From positions 4,732 to 68,731 of the forward strand of contig JAIOHL010000190.1 of the NCBI GenBank assembly GCA_019913005.1: a DNA stretch of 64,000 bases, given 5' to 3'. The notes under the pieces were generated by a model, which saw only the letters and a program-made list of their open reading frames with translations, was not told where the DNA came from and did not search any database. This DNA is from Anaerolineae bacterium. GTDB taxonomy: Bacteria; Chloroflexota; Anaerolineae; Aggregatilineales; J027. The translations under genes and the position numbers were made by a program. Shown piece by piece: positions 9,158-17,798 of this stretch. Position 1 is the stretch's first letter; each line of letters opens with the position of its first letter.

Positions 9158-11221
9158 GTGATGCTAGGACAAACCTCGAACAGCGGGCGATCTATCCTTG
9201 CGATGGATTTTGGTTCCGTCAACACCCGCCTGATGATTATTGATGTGGTTGATGGTCAATATCGCATGGTCACACGCAGTCAGACCCGTACTACGATGCG
9301 GCCTCCCATTGGGGACGTGACGGTGGGGATGAGCCGCGCCATTGAAAATATCCAAGATGCGACGGGCCGGATTTTGATTGACACCGACGGCTATTTAATT
9401 CATCCCGAAAATGAAGATGGGGGCATTGATCGCGTTGTAGCGACCAGCAGTGCCAGCCGTCCACTTCGTGCGGTGTTGGCCGGGCTGATTACCGAAGTCA
9501 GCCTTGCCAGTGCCCGCCATGCCCTCAACGGGACGTATATTGAGGTTGCTGAGATTTTAAGCATTTCAGACGGACGAACCGAAGAAGAACGCATCAATGC
9601 CATCATGAAAGCCAAACCTGACCTCGTGTTTATCAGCGGGGGGACGGACGGCGGCAATCAAGATTCGGTTTTAGAATTGACCCGCGCTACTGCAATGGCC
9701 TTGATGCTGCTGCCCGATGATGAACGCCCTAATGTTTTGTATGCAGGTAATGAACTACTGGCGAATACTGTTGTGGGTATGCTGCAAGACCATGCCAGTG
9801 TATTTGTTGCCCCCAACGTGCGTCCTGCTGTCCATGAGGAAAAATTGGGCACGGCCCGCATGGAATTGGCAAACGTCTACAGCAATTTTATGACGGCCCA
9901 ACCTGTGGGTGGATTCGATCAAGTAACCTCACTTGCCAGTGAACTCAGTGGGATTGGGATTGTTCCCACCGCGCAAGGCGTCGCCAATATGGTGCGCTTT
10001 TTGGGCGAACTGCTGCAAAAAGGGAGTGCTGGGGTGCTGCACGTGGACATTGGCAGCACCACCAGTACGCTTGTCACCAGTCTTGATAAACAGGTCAATT
10101 CCACCATCCGCAGCGATTTGGGCTTGGGCCACAGCCTCTTGACCACCCTAGCGGTTTTGAATGTCGAACAGGTACTGCGCTGGCTACCTTTTCCAGCAAC
10201 CGAAGACGACCTCTGGAACTATGCCTATAACAAAATATTGATGCCCTCGACCATTCCTCAGACCATGCGTGATTTGATGATTGAACAGGCCATCGCCCGT
10301 GAGATCGTCCGCCATTTGGTCAACGGGGCACGCGCTAGTTGGCGCCACGCATCCAAAGACGGCGAGCTACCCGCTTTCCGACCCATTATTGTGGCAGGGG
10401 CAACCCTTACAGATGCGCCCCACCCCGGCATTACGGCCATGTTGATGTTAGATGCCTTCGAGCTAGAGGGGGTGCATAATCTCTATATTGACCCCTACGC
10501 CATGATCGCGCTGTTGGGGGCAATCGCCTATACTGACCCAACCGTGACCGTCCAAACCTTTGAACACAATGGCTTGGTGAATCTTGGGACAGCGTTTTGT
10601 GCGACAGGCCGGGTACGCGGACGCAGCCAACGCCCTGCCATGAAAATCCAGATTACGTTGGAAAGTGGTCGCACGGTTGAGAAAAAACTGCTCCCCGGTG
10701 AAATTTGGGCCGCACCCTTGTCCTCTGGTCAAGAGGTACAAGTCGTGGTTCGCATGGGACGCGGGATGAGGATTAATGGCAAACGTCGTATCAAACAGAC
10801 TGTAACCGCCGGGGCCGCCGGGTTGGTTTTTGATACACGGGGCCGTCCGCTCAACTTACCCGCCCTACGCCGCCGCCCTGCAATGTATGCGGAATGGTGG
10901 ACGGGTGTAACCGGACAGGTCTGGACGGGGATGCAGGAATTCTCTGAAGCCGAGCCATTGTCCGAAATGGATAAGGCTGCTCGTGAAACCCGCCGTGATC
11001 GTTTTGCCGAAGAAAAGCTGCTGCAAGAGGTCATGTTTGAAGCAGAGGCCGCCGAAGGATTTGACGAGGGTGAAATAATAGGTTCGGGTCGCGCCGCCAC
11101 TGGACGGGATCGTAAACGGGGCAAACCTGAAAAAGCCAAGAAGTCGTCGCGGCGTGGTCGTAAACAAGAAGAACCGGAAGAAACTGATGAAGCGCCGGAT
11201 ATTCTGGAAAGGCTGAGATAG
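9158..11221 (+). CDS. Glutamate mutase L (GlmL)-like actin-fold (ASKHA) protein
   Basis: Phosphate motifs ILAMDFGSVNT and LHVDIGSTTS; ATSSA, PDLVFISGGTDGGN, NVRP, VFDTRGRPL. Confidence 0.75.
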   Translation: MMLGQTSNSGRSILAMDFGSVNTRLMIIDVVDGQYRMVTRSQTRTTMRPPIGDVTVGMSRAIENIQDATGRILIDTDGYLIHPENEDGGIDRVVATSSASRPLRAVLAGLITEVSLASARHALNGTYIEVAEILSISDGRTEEERINAIMKAKPDLVFISGGTDGGNQDSVLELTRATAMALMLLPDDERPNVLYAGNELLANTVVGMLQDHASVFVAPNVRPAVHEEKLGTARMELANVYSNFMTAQPVGGFDQVTSLASELSGIGIVPTAQGVANMVRFLGELLQKGSAGVLHVDIGSTTSTLVTSLDKQVNSTIRSDLGLGHSLLTTLAVLNVEQVLRWLPFPATEDDLWNYAYNKILMPSTIPQTMRDLMIEQAIAREIVRHLVNGARASWRHASKDGELPAFRPIIVAGATLTDAPHPGITAMLMLDAFELEGVHNLYIDPYAMIALLGAIAYTDPTVTVQTFEHNGLVNLGTAFCATGRVRGRSQRPAMKIQITLESGRTVEKKLLPGEIWAAPLSSGQEVQVVVRMGRGMRINGKRRIKQTVTAGAAGLVFDTRGRPLNLPALRRRPAMYAEWWTGVTGQVWTGMQEFSEAEPLSEMDKAARETRRDRFAEEKLLQEVMFEAEAAEGFDEGEIIGSGRAATGRDRKRGKPEKAKKSSRRGRKQEEPEETDEAPDILERLR

Positions 11222-11227
11222 AGGCCG

Positions 11228-12328
11228 ATGAGATACCATCCAGAAGAACGCATTGTGCTGGAATATACCGTCATTAAACGTGACCGGACGCTGCCACCGC
11301 GGGCCTATGGTGCGGTGCGCGTTTCGCCGGGGGCCAATGTCGAAAGTAATCACATTATTGCTGAGGGCGAACTGCCACAGGATTACCGGATTATAGACGT
11401 GGCGGGGCCGCTCAATGTTGACCCCGATGATATTGAAATGCTGTCGAGTATCATGACTGTTGCACAGGGCGATTTCATCCATGCTGGACAGCCATTGGCA
11501 ACCGCCCCACGCCGTAAATATCGCAAACGTATTCCCCGTGCTCCCGTTGAAGGTGTCGTGAGCTTGGTTGAACAAGGCAATGTTATTTTGCAGACCAATC
11601 CCCAACCTGTTGCGGTTTATGCCCGTATGCAAGGCCGGGTCACGGAACTGATTGGCAATAAAGGGGCGCGGATTGAAACTGTAGGCTCACTCATTCAAGG
11701 CGCATGGGGTAACGGACGATTTTTGTTCTCGTCCTTCAGCTTTGAGCCAAAAGATGGATTGCAAAGTTTGGTCAAACAGACTAGCCTCCTAGAAAACGTG
11801 CGGGGTCGGGTCTATGTCTTGGATCGCCCTATCACAGTCGAAGATTTACGGTTGGTGGTCAAGAAAGAATTGGGTGGATTAGTCGCCCCATCCATGAGCT
11901 ATCACTTGCGCGAAACCGCGATGGCGCTTAAAGTTCCTATTATACTGACCGAAGGTTTTGGCGAGGCGCAGATGACCCGCCGTATTCATGACATGCTGCG
12001 GGAATTTGAGAACAAACGCCAAGCCGCCTTTGATGCGATTTTGCCCAATCGCTGGACGAGTGAACGACCTGAAATTGTCATTCCCTATCAGGCGTCCGGT
12101 CAAAATGCGTTTGAGCCAACCTTTGATGCAGTGTTGATCGTTGGGGCAACAGTGCGCCTGAGCCGTGCGCCACATGAAGGGCAGATTGCTACCGTAACCG
12201 ACTTGCCCGATAAGCCCCAAATCATGGAAAATGGCTTACGGGTAGCGGCGGCGCAGGTCAAGCTCCGCAATGGGCATGAAGTGTTTGTCCCACTTGCCAA
12301 TATCGAATTGCTAGGTGAGGCGAAATAG
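11228..12328 (+). CDS. Conserved hypothetical protein with hybrid-motif (lipoyl-like) segments and a C-terminal KOW/SH3-like region
   Basis: VAQGDFIHAGQPLA...RAPVEGVV; IILTEGFG; GATVRLSRAPHEGQIATV...VPLANIE. Confidence 0.65.
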   Translation: MRYHPEERIVLEYTVIKRDRTLPPRAYGAVRVSPGANVESNHIIAEGELPQDYRIIDVAGPLNVDPDDIEMLSSIMTVAQGDFIHAGQPLATAPRRKYRKRIPRAPVEGVVSLVEQGNVILQTNPQPVAVYARMQGRVTELIGNKGARIETVGSLIQGAWGNGRFLFSSFSFEPKDGLQSLVKQTSLLENVRGRVYVLDRPITVEDLRLVVKKELGGLVAPSMSYHLRETAMALKVPIILTEGFGEAQMTRRIHDMLREFENKRQAAFDAILPNRWTSERPEIVIPYQASGQNAFEPTFDAVLIVGATVRLSRAPHEGQIATVTDLPDKPQIMENGLRVAAAQVKLRNGHEVFVPLANIELLGEAK

Positions 12329-12377
12329 ACGGAATGGCAGGTGCTTGCCGAATGTTATCTAGGAGAGGAATGCATCC

Positions 12378-12995
12378 ATGAACAACTTTCCATTTGATGA
12401 CAACGCCATTGACTTGTTTGCAACTGAATCGCTGGTTGAGGACGAGAATTTTGATTTGCCGGCGGATGAGTCTAGTAATGGCATTAGTCGGCGATTTTTA
12501 ATTGCCAGCATGGTGTTGGTGATTACCATTGTGTTGGGTGTCTGTGGAATTGTATTAGCGGTGCGTGATGGAAATTCTTCTAATATCGCTGCTAGGACAA
12601 GTATCCCTTTGACCAATCAAGCTAACCAAACAGCGTTTGCTGCGACCCAGACTCGTGGGGCTATTTTGGATGCAACAGGCACGGCGGTCACAGAGCGATT
12701 GAACCGCAATGCGACCAACACGGCGATTACACGGGCCTCTGGCACTGCTTCGGCGGTTAATCATTTATTGGATGGGTCAAGAACGGCTATTGGGTTTCCG
12801 ACTATTTCACCATATCAAGAAACTGAACAGGCGAGTTACATTCAGAGCAAGACAGCAGAACGTCCATCCGTTATGCAAGCACAAATTCTGGATTTTGATG
12901 GCAATCCGGTGACAGGCATTACCATCCACATTTATCAAGATGATGGGGATGGTGAGTTTAATTTACCTAGCCCGACCTCTACAAAAGCTGGCTAG
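12378..12995 (+). CDS. Membrane-anchored Thr/Ala-rich protein; shorter paralog of the next gene
   Basis: SD AGGAG; colinear similarity to the N-terminal half of 13095-14522. Confidence 0.7.
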   Translation: MNNFPFDDNAIDLFATESLVEDENFDLPADESSNGISRRFLIASMVLVITIVLGVCGIVLAVRDGNSSNIAARTSIPLTNQANQTAFAATQTRGAILDATGTAVTERLNRNATNTAITRASGTASAVNHLLDGSRTAIGFPTISPYQETEQASYIQSKTAERPSVMQAQILDFDGNPVTGITIHIYQDDGDGEFNLPSPTSTKAG

Positions 12996-13094
12996 GTAGC
13001 AAGTGCAAATAAACAGAATAGGATACACTTGTAACCAAGATGCTGTGTAGGCAGCATCATTTAGAGATATTTTTTGAGGGGAGAGAAAAAGCCG

Positions 13095-14522
13095 ATGAGT
13101 TCTCAAGGCTTTCCGTTTGACGATGATAACGAAATTGACCCCTTTGCCGAGGATTTTGACCCATTTGAAAGCGGGTCGCTGGTAGAGGAAGAGAATTTTG
13201 ACCTTCCACCAGATGAGCAAGAGGGCGGAATCAGCCGTACATTCCTTTTTGCGGGTGGGTTTATTATCCTCGCCGTTTTGCTGGGGATTGTTGGCGTGGT
13301 CGCTTTGTTATTAGGCGACGACGGTGGCAACGAAAGTGTGTTGCTGGCAACTCAACGGGCAGGCACCAACCAAGCGATTGAAACTGCGATTGCCGCAACT
13401 ACAACCCGCCTAGCCGAAATTGACGCAACTTTGACCGTCACGACGGCGCGGCTTTTCCAAGATTCGACCAGTACGGCAATTGCGGCTTTTGATGGTACCA
13501 ATACGGCAGTGGCGGCTCAATTGGAAGGTAGTCGAACGGCGATTGCGTTTAATGCCACTCAAACGGGTGCGGCTTTGCAAACGCAGGGTGCTCAATTTGT
13601 CTTGAGCCAGACTCCCCCAACCGCAACCCCTCAGACTTTCCAAGCCCAGATTTTGGATCAAAATGGCAATCCGGTGACCGGCATTGTCATCAATATTTAT
13701 GCCGATGACGGCGATGGTGAGTTTAATCCTGCCGCCCAAGCAACCGTGGCACCCACACCTACCCGCACACCAACAGCAACCGCGACAGTTCAGCAGTTGC
13801 CACCCACCGCCACTGCTACCCCTAGCCCATCGGCGACTACGGGGTCATCTGCACCTGCCGCTCCTGCTGGAACAGAAGAAGCGGGTGATGGTGCGCCTGT
13901 TGGAGCGAAGATACAGGACGACGGCCCAAGTGTGGAAATCTTTGCACGCCGTTTGCCAAATGACCCCCAAAATGGGCCAGCGCAGGGTGGGCCAACCCCA
14001 ACTACGGGCGATGGTCAGCCGATTCAAACCATCGTAATTGGGCCAGACGGGGCATTTGAGATTCCGCCACTTGGTCCGGGGAATTATTTTCTTGATGTGG
14101 GTCTGCCACCCGGAACTTATACCTTCCGTATTGGTGAAGAACAGGTGGTGATCAATTTGGTGTCGGGGACGCAGCAACAGACGTTGAATCTGCCCAATAG
14201 CGTGAACCTGACCATCATTGTACGGGCGGTGACTGCGCCAACCGTTGTGACGCTGACCCCGACCAGCACCCCCACCCTTGATACCCGTATTCCACCATTC
14301 GATCTGACCGTAACAGCGATATTCGCTAATCAGACAGCCTCAGCCCAACCGCAGATTGTCACCAGCCCAACGATTGTTCTGCCGACGCAAATTGCCCAAA
14401 CCGGGTTGTTCAGCGATGCGGCGGAAGAAGCAACCCCCGCAGGGCTAACCCTGTTGGCAATTCTAGGTGTAGGGTTGATTGCGGTAGTTGTTGTGGTACG
14501 GAGACTGCGTTCATCCATCTAA
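13095..14522 (+). CDS. Surface protein with N-terminal TM, split CnaB/SdrD-B-like domain and LPXTG-like C-terminal signal
   Basis: QILDQNGNPVTGIVINIYADDGDGEFN and GPDGAFEIPPLGPGNY; IAQTG, spacer, TM, RRLR. Confidence 0.7.
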   Translation: MSSQGFPFDDDNEIDPFAEDFDPFESGSLVEEENFDLPPDEQEGGISRTFLFAGGFIILAVLLGIVGVVALLLGDDGGNESVLLATQRAGTNQAIETAIAATTTRLAEIDATLTVTTARLFQDSTSTAIAAFDGTNTAVAAQLEGSRTAIAFNATQTGAALQTQGAQFVLSQTPPTATPQTFQAQILDQNGNPVTGIVINIYADDGDGEFNPAAQATVAPTPTRTPTATATVQQLPPTATATPSPSATTGSSAPAAPAGTEEAGDGAPVGAKIQDDGPSVEIFARRLPNDPQNGPAQGGPTPTTGDGQPIQTIVIGPDGAFEIPPLGPGNYFLDVGLPPGTYTFRIGEEQVVINLVSGTQQQTLNLPNSVNLTIIVRAVTAPTVVTLTPTSTPTLDTRIPPFDLTVTAIFANQTASAQPQIVTSPTIVLPTQIAQTGLFSDAAEEATPAGLTLLAILGVGLIAVVVVVRRLRSSI

Positions 14523-14570
14523 AAAGCCCCGAATTTGGGGGTACAGACAAACCCCATAATTGATTATTGT

Positions 14571-14599
14571 AAAAGGTGGGCCAAGTGCCTGCCTTTTTT
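14571..14599 (+). terminator. Intrinsic terminator
   Basis: AAAAGGTGGGC...GCCTGCCTTTTTT hairpin with U-tract. Confidence 0.65.
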
Positions 14600-14631
14600 A
14601 TTGGGTCAGCATGGGTAAAGGATAAAATGCT

Positions 14632-14949
14632 ATGTTGGTGACAACCACTCCAAACATCGAGGGCCATCAAATTACCCGCTATTTGGGTATCGTGTCGGGT
14701 GAGACGATTTTGGGTGCGAATATCTTCCGCGACATCAGCGCCTCCATTACAGATATTGTTGGTGGACGCTCGACAGCCTACGAAAAATCGCTCATCGAAG
14801 CCAAAAACATCGCCCTGCGTGAAATGATGGAGCAAGCGACTGGGTTAGGAGCGAACGCCATCGTGGGGGTTGACCTCGATTTTGAAACCGTCGGTCAAGG
14901 CCGCATGTTGATGGTTAGCGCCAGTGGTACTGCGGTTGTGGTTGAATAA
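14632..14949 (+). CDS. YbjQ/UPF0145 family protein
   Basis: [39 protein letters not shown]. Confidence 0.92.
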   Translation: MLVTTTPNIEGHQITRYLGIVSGETILGANIFRDISASITDIVGGRSTAYEKSLIEAKNIALREMMEQATGLGANAIVGVDLDFETVGQGRMLMVSASGTAVVVE

Positions 14950-15083
14950 GCCGGATAAAGAATTCAATACAGCCGATAATGGCTATGGATTAGTGGATAA
15001 AAGTCACTGCAAGAATGGGTTGTTGAACTGCATTAAATTGCATGGCGAAATCCTCAAAGCATTTTCAATCGGTATAGAGAAAT

Positions 15084-15137
15084 CCCGGTGTGCGATTTGA
15101 TACCAATACACACTATTTGCCCATCGCGGACACCGGG
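15084..15137 (-). terminator. Long imperfect hairpin, possible terminator
   Basis: CCCGGTGT.GCGAT...ATCGC..ACACCGGG directly after the stop of 15139-15369; weak U-tract. Confidence 0.45.
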
Positions 15138-15138
15138 C

Positions 15139-15369
15139 CTACCTCAGCCAGTCATACCCGTCTTCGATCAAAATGTCGCTATTCTCGTCTATGTTCTCTT
15201 CTGTTGAATGCTGCCCCTCTGAAACAATCCAGATTGGCGCTAGGGTTATCCACGATCTCTTCAGACGCGCATCCGTTTCGGCGCTGTCTGTTTTCTGGTC
15301 AGAACTGCGTTGTGAACCGTGTTTGCGTGCCATGGTGGGTTTACGATAAGGTTCCCGGTTGGTACTCAT
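15139..15369 (-). CDS. Small hypothetical protein
   Basis: 76-aa ORF co-oriented with neighbours; no recognisable motif. Confidence 0.35.
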   Translation of the reverse strand: MSTNREPYRKPTMARKHGSQRSSDQKTDSAETDARLKRSWITLAPIWIVSEGQHSTEENIDENSDILIEDGYDWLR

Positions 15370-15529
15370 GATTTGGGTTATCCTTTTGGCTCAGGCTGTC
15401 GAGCCATACTCGATTTATTGACTGAAAACAAATCCTCTGCATTTGGGCCGTCAGATTCATCTGAACCCCCTTGAACGAGTGAACTTGAAGCATCGAAGTC
15501 CGATAGTGGGCATAGATTTTGTTGAACAT
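15341..15529 (-). CDS. Small hypothetical protein
   Basis: Strong SD AAGGAG before ATG; 62 aa. Confidence 0.45.
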   Translation of the reverse strand: MFNKIYAHYRTSMLQVHSFKGVQMNLTAQMQRICFQSINRVWLDSLSQKDNPNHEYQPGTLS

Positions 15530-15603
15530 GGTTTCTCCTTTGTACTCTTACTGATACGATATTTACGATTTTAGGTTTTGATATTGACCTCGGTGCTTAT
15601 TCC

Positions 15604-15888
15604 CTACCGTGAACCATAAAGGCTCAATTGGGCGGGATGTGGCACTTCAAGGGTAGTATCCGATGTTAGAGGGGCTTCCACCCCCATCTCCTTGAGCGTT
15701 TCTTGGGCCGTATAGATAATGTCTTCCAACCAGCCCACCACATCTTCAGCGCTCAAATTGCTCACGGCGGCGAGAGTGTCTGTTGTCGTCGCCTCGTGCA
15801 GTCGGTCAAGTGTTGCTAATACAGTTTCGAGATGACACTCCGTCAAGCGATTTTGCAGAACCGTCAGAGATAAAATTTTTGTGTTCAT
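15604..15888 (-). CDS. Hypothetical helical protein
   Basis: AGGA SD; amphipathic sequence VVGWLEDIIYTAQETL. Confidence 0.6.
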   Translation of the reverse strand: MNTKILSLTVLQNRLTECHLETVLATLDRLHEATTTDTLAAVSNLSAEDVVGWLEDIIYTAQETLKEMGVEAPLTSDTTLEVPHPAQLSLYGSR

Positions 15889-15930
15889 AGTCGTTTTTCC
15901 TGCTCTATCAAGGTCGCACCGCAAAATAAA

Positions 15931-15985
15931 TACCGGGGTGTAGTGCCTTTGACAATTTCACTGTCTCTGGCCCCACACCCCGGTA
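15931..15985 (-). terminator. Long hairpin with U-rich tail (terminator or attenuator)
   Basis: TACCGGGGTGT...ACACCCCGGTA 11-bp outer stem followed on the minus strand by TTTATTTT. Confidence 0.6.
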
Positions 15986-16015
15986 ATTGGGTTGCTTGGC
16001 GAAGTTTCGGGTTGG

Positions 16016-16453
16016 CTAAGTTAAGATAGGTATCTTCCTAGGCCGCCCCGAAGTGTCCTCCATAGGACTCAGAGTCCACAGTGAATCAGAACCGCTGTAT
16101 TCCGTTGTTAAAATTGCAACTGCTTTATTGCCGTCTTGTAGCCTATCTTGTAGACCGACACCCATCGGGTTTTCACCCTCGGCATCCAACAAACTGGGCA
16201 ATATCTTCATCCAAGGCGCATCGGACACGACAATCGTTCCGTTCAGGTCCCAGCGATGATCGCCGGCGAGTGAGGCCTTGCCATTGAGTGCGGCATTCTG
16301 ACCGCCAAATACGGCGGCTGGCAGCACACGCACTCCACCCAGTCCGAGTTGCCGTTCGCTGCGGCTAATGGTCGCAGCACACAGCATATCGCTGGTGATA
16401 GCGGCCTCCCGCAGTGTGGCACTCATGACTTGGTCACTAAAATGGCAATACAT
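16016..16453 (-). CDS. Hypothetical protein (or structured RNA region)
   Basis: SD AGGAG before ATG; 145 aa with no recognised domain; many short hairpins. Confidence 0.45.
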   Translation of the reverse strand: MYCHFSDQVMSATLREAAITSDMLCAATISRSERQLGLGGVRVLPAAVFGGQNAALNGKASLAGDHRWDLNGTIVVSDAPWMKILPSLLDAEGENPMGVGLQDRLQDGNKAVAILTTEYSGSDSLWTLSPMEDTSGRPRKIPILT

Positions 16454-16521
16454 CTTTGACTCCTGAATGGGGTTCGCCTTTGTTTACCCCAGCTTTTGAA
16501 TTGGACGATAGATTTTACAGG

Positions 16522-16791
16522 TTAGATCGCTTTTTTCGACTGCTCCTGAGAGTTTACAACAGTTACCACGGTCTGGTCAAGCATTTGCAGGATACTGCTA
16601 CCTTTGATAAAGACCCGGCGCATTCCCGGCGGCTGCGACACTTGGAGGTATCCCTGATCAATCAATTTCTTGAGCGTGCTTAGACTGACTCCAAGCGCAT
16701 CAGCAGCTTCTTTACGAGAATAAACTGCATTGGGCTGGATGCCAGACTTGTTTTTATTACTTTGCGTTGGTTTGATAATCGCTAACGACAC
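16522..16791 (-). CDS. Excisionase-like helix-turn-helix DNA-binding protein (HTH_17)
   Basis: YSRKEAADALGVSLSTLKKLIDQGYL...RRVFI; SD GGAGGT before GTG 16791. Confidence 0.8.
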   Translation of the reverse strand: MSLAIIKPTQSNKNKSGIQPNAVYSRKEAADALGVSLSTLKKLIDQGYLQVSQPPGMRRVFIKGSSILQMLDQTVVTVVNSQEQSKKAI

Positions 16792-17071
16792 TCTTATACC
16801 TCCGACTATCTTGTCATTATATGACACTTGACACCACTCGTCAACAGGCATTATCCTCTGATAATGGATGATAAAATGGATTTTAGCCTAAAGAAAGATT
16901 TTTAGCCATTACAATAGTTCAGAGTAGCTCAAAATTGTCTTCAAATTGTATAATACAGGTTAAAATAATCTAATTGTACAAAGTGGTACAATCGCTTGAA
17001 ATCGGGTTATAATCTACTATAGAACAACATATCGAAAGTTTGTTTAGTGCGAAGATAGGAGTTGTCTGACT

Positions 17072-17617
17072 TTGCAAGGGCGGGTATTGCTTCTGAATGG
17101 AAGCACATGGGAACCTCTCTCGGTGATCAGCATACCGCGAGCCATCAACCTGCTGATTTCCGGTAAAGCGGTAGTAGTTGAGGAAACGGGGCGTTTTCTC
17201 AAAACTGTCCGCAGTCAATTCCAAATCCCATCGGTTATCGCTTTGCGGACTTACATCAATGTGCCACGCCGACAAGCTCAGTGGAGCCGTAAAGGGGTTT
17301 TAGTGCGTGACAACTACACCTGCATCTACTGTGGCATTGTGCCCGGTGAGATTTTGCAGGGCAAGATTCTGTCCAAGAGTGATATGACGGTGGATCACAT
17401 CTTACCCAAATCGCGGGGTGGTAAAGATGTATGGACGAACACGGCTTGTGCGTGTTATGTCTGCAATCATCGTAAAGGTGATCGGTTGCCCGGTGAAGCG
17501 GGTTTAAAGCTGATGTGGGAACCGCGCCGACCACGTACCAACTATCTGGTGATTGAAGTAGGTAATGGGCCAGATGCGTGGAAAAAATATATTGAATTTG
17601 GCGATACCAGTTCATAA
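17072..17617 (+). CDS. HNH endonuclease (McrA-like)
   Basis: VLLLNGSTWEPL, RDNYTCIYCG, TVDHILPKSRGG, WTNTACACYVCNHRKG. Confidence 0.92.
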   Translation: MQGRVLLLNGSTWEPLSVISIPRAINLLISGKAVVVEETGRFLKTVRSQFQIPSVIALRTYINVPRRQAQWSRKGVLVRDNYTCIYCGIVPGEILQGKILSKSDMTVDHILPKSRGGKDVWTNTACACYVCNHRKGDRLPGEAGLKLMWEPRRPRTNYLVIEVGNGPDAWKKYIEFGDTSS

Positions 17618-17798
17618 GCGCCCTCCCCACTCCGGCGCTTAGTCATGGCCCTTCGCCATTTTTCCATACGATAGTCAAAGCCCAGAACAGGGAATGGATT
17701 TGTTTTTCTCCGCTTGATTCACATTCTGTGAACGGCTATACTACGATTGATGTACCAACCACCTATAGCTGCGACTTTCCGGCTTAATTAAAGAGAGA

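Noticed and set aside
9158-11221. Calling the GlmL-like gene DNA mismatch-repair mutL or evidence of glutamate fermentation
   Set aside because: No GHKL motifs (the name MutL is shared by unrelated families); no mutase subunits in the window
12963-13094. Frameshift or readthrough joining 12378-12995 to 13095-14522
   Set aside because: The second gene restarts with the same N-terminal sequence, so these are paralogs rather than halves of one gene
15084-15141. Hairpin directly after a UAG stop as a recoding (PYLIS/SECIS-like) signal
   Set aside because: No pyl/sel genes in the window and no convincing coding continuation; a terminator-like role is simpler
17072-17617. HNH gene as an IscB/Cas9-like RNA-guided nuclease
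   Set aside because: Only 181 aa; no RuvC motifs or PLMP start; matches the common stand-alone McrA-like HNH pattern
17628-17640. 13-bp inverted match (CACTCCGGCGCTT) to the tRNA 5' flank at 27383-27395, considered as an att site
   Set aside because: Many 13-bp matches are expected by chance in 64 kb; it is inverted, matches the 5' rather than the 3' end, and core genes (ftsH) lie between the copies
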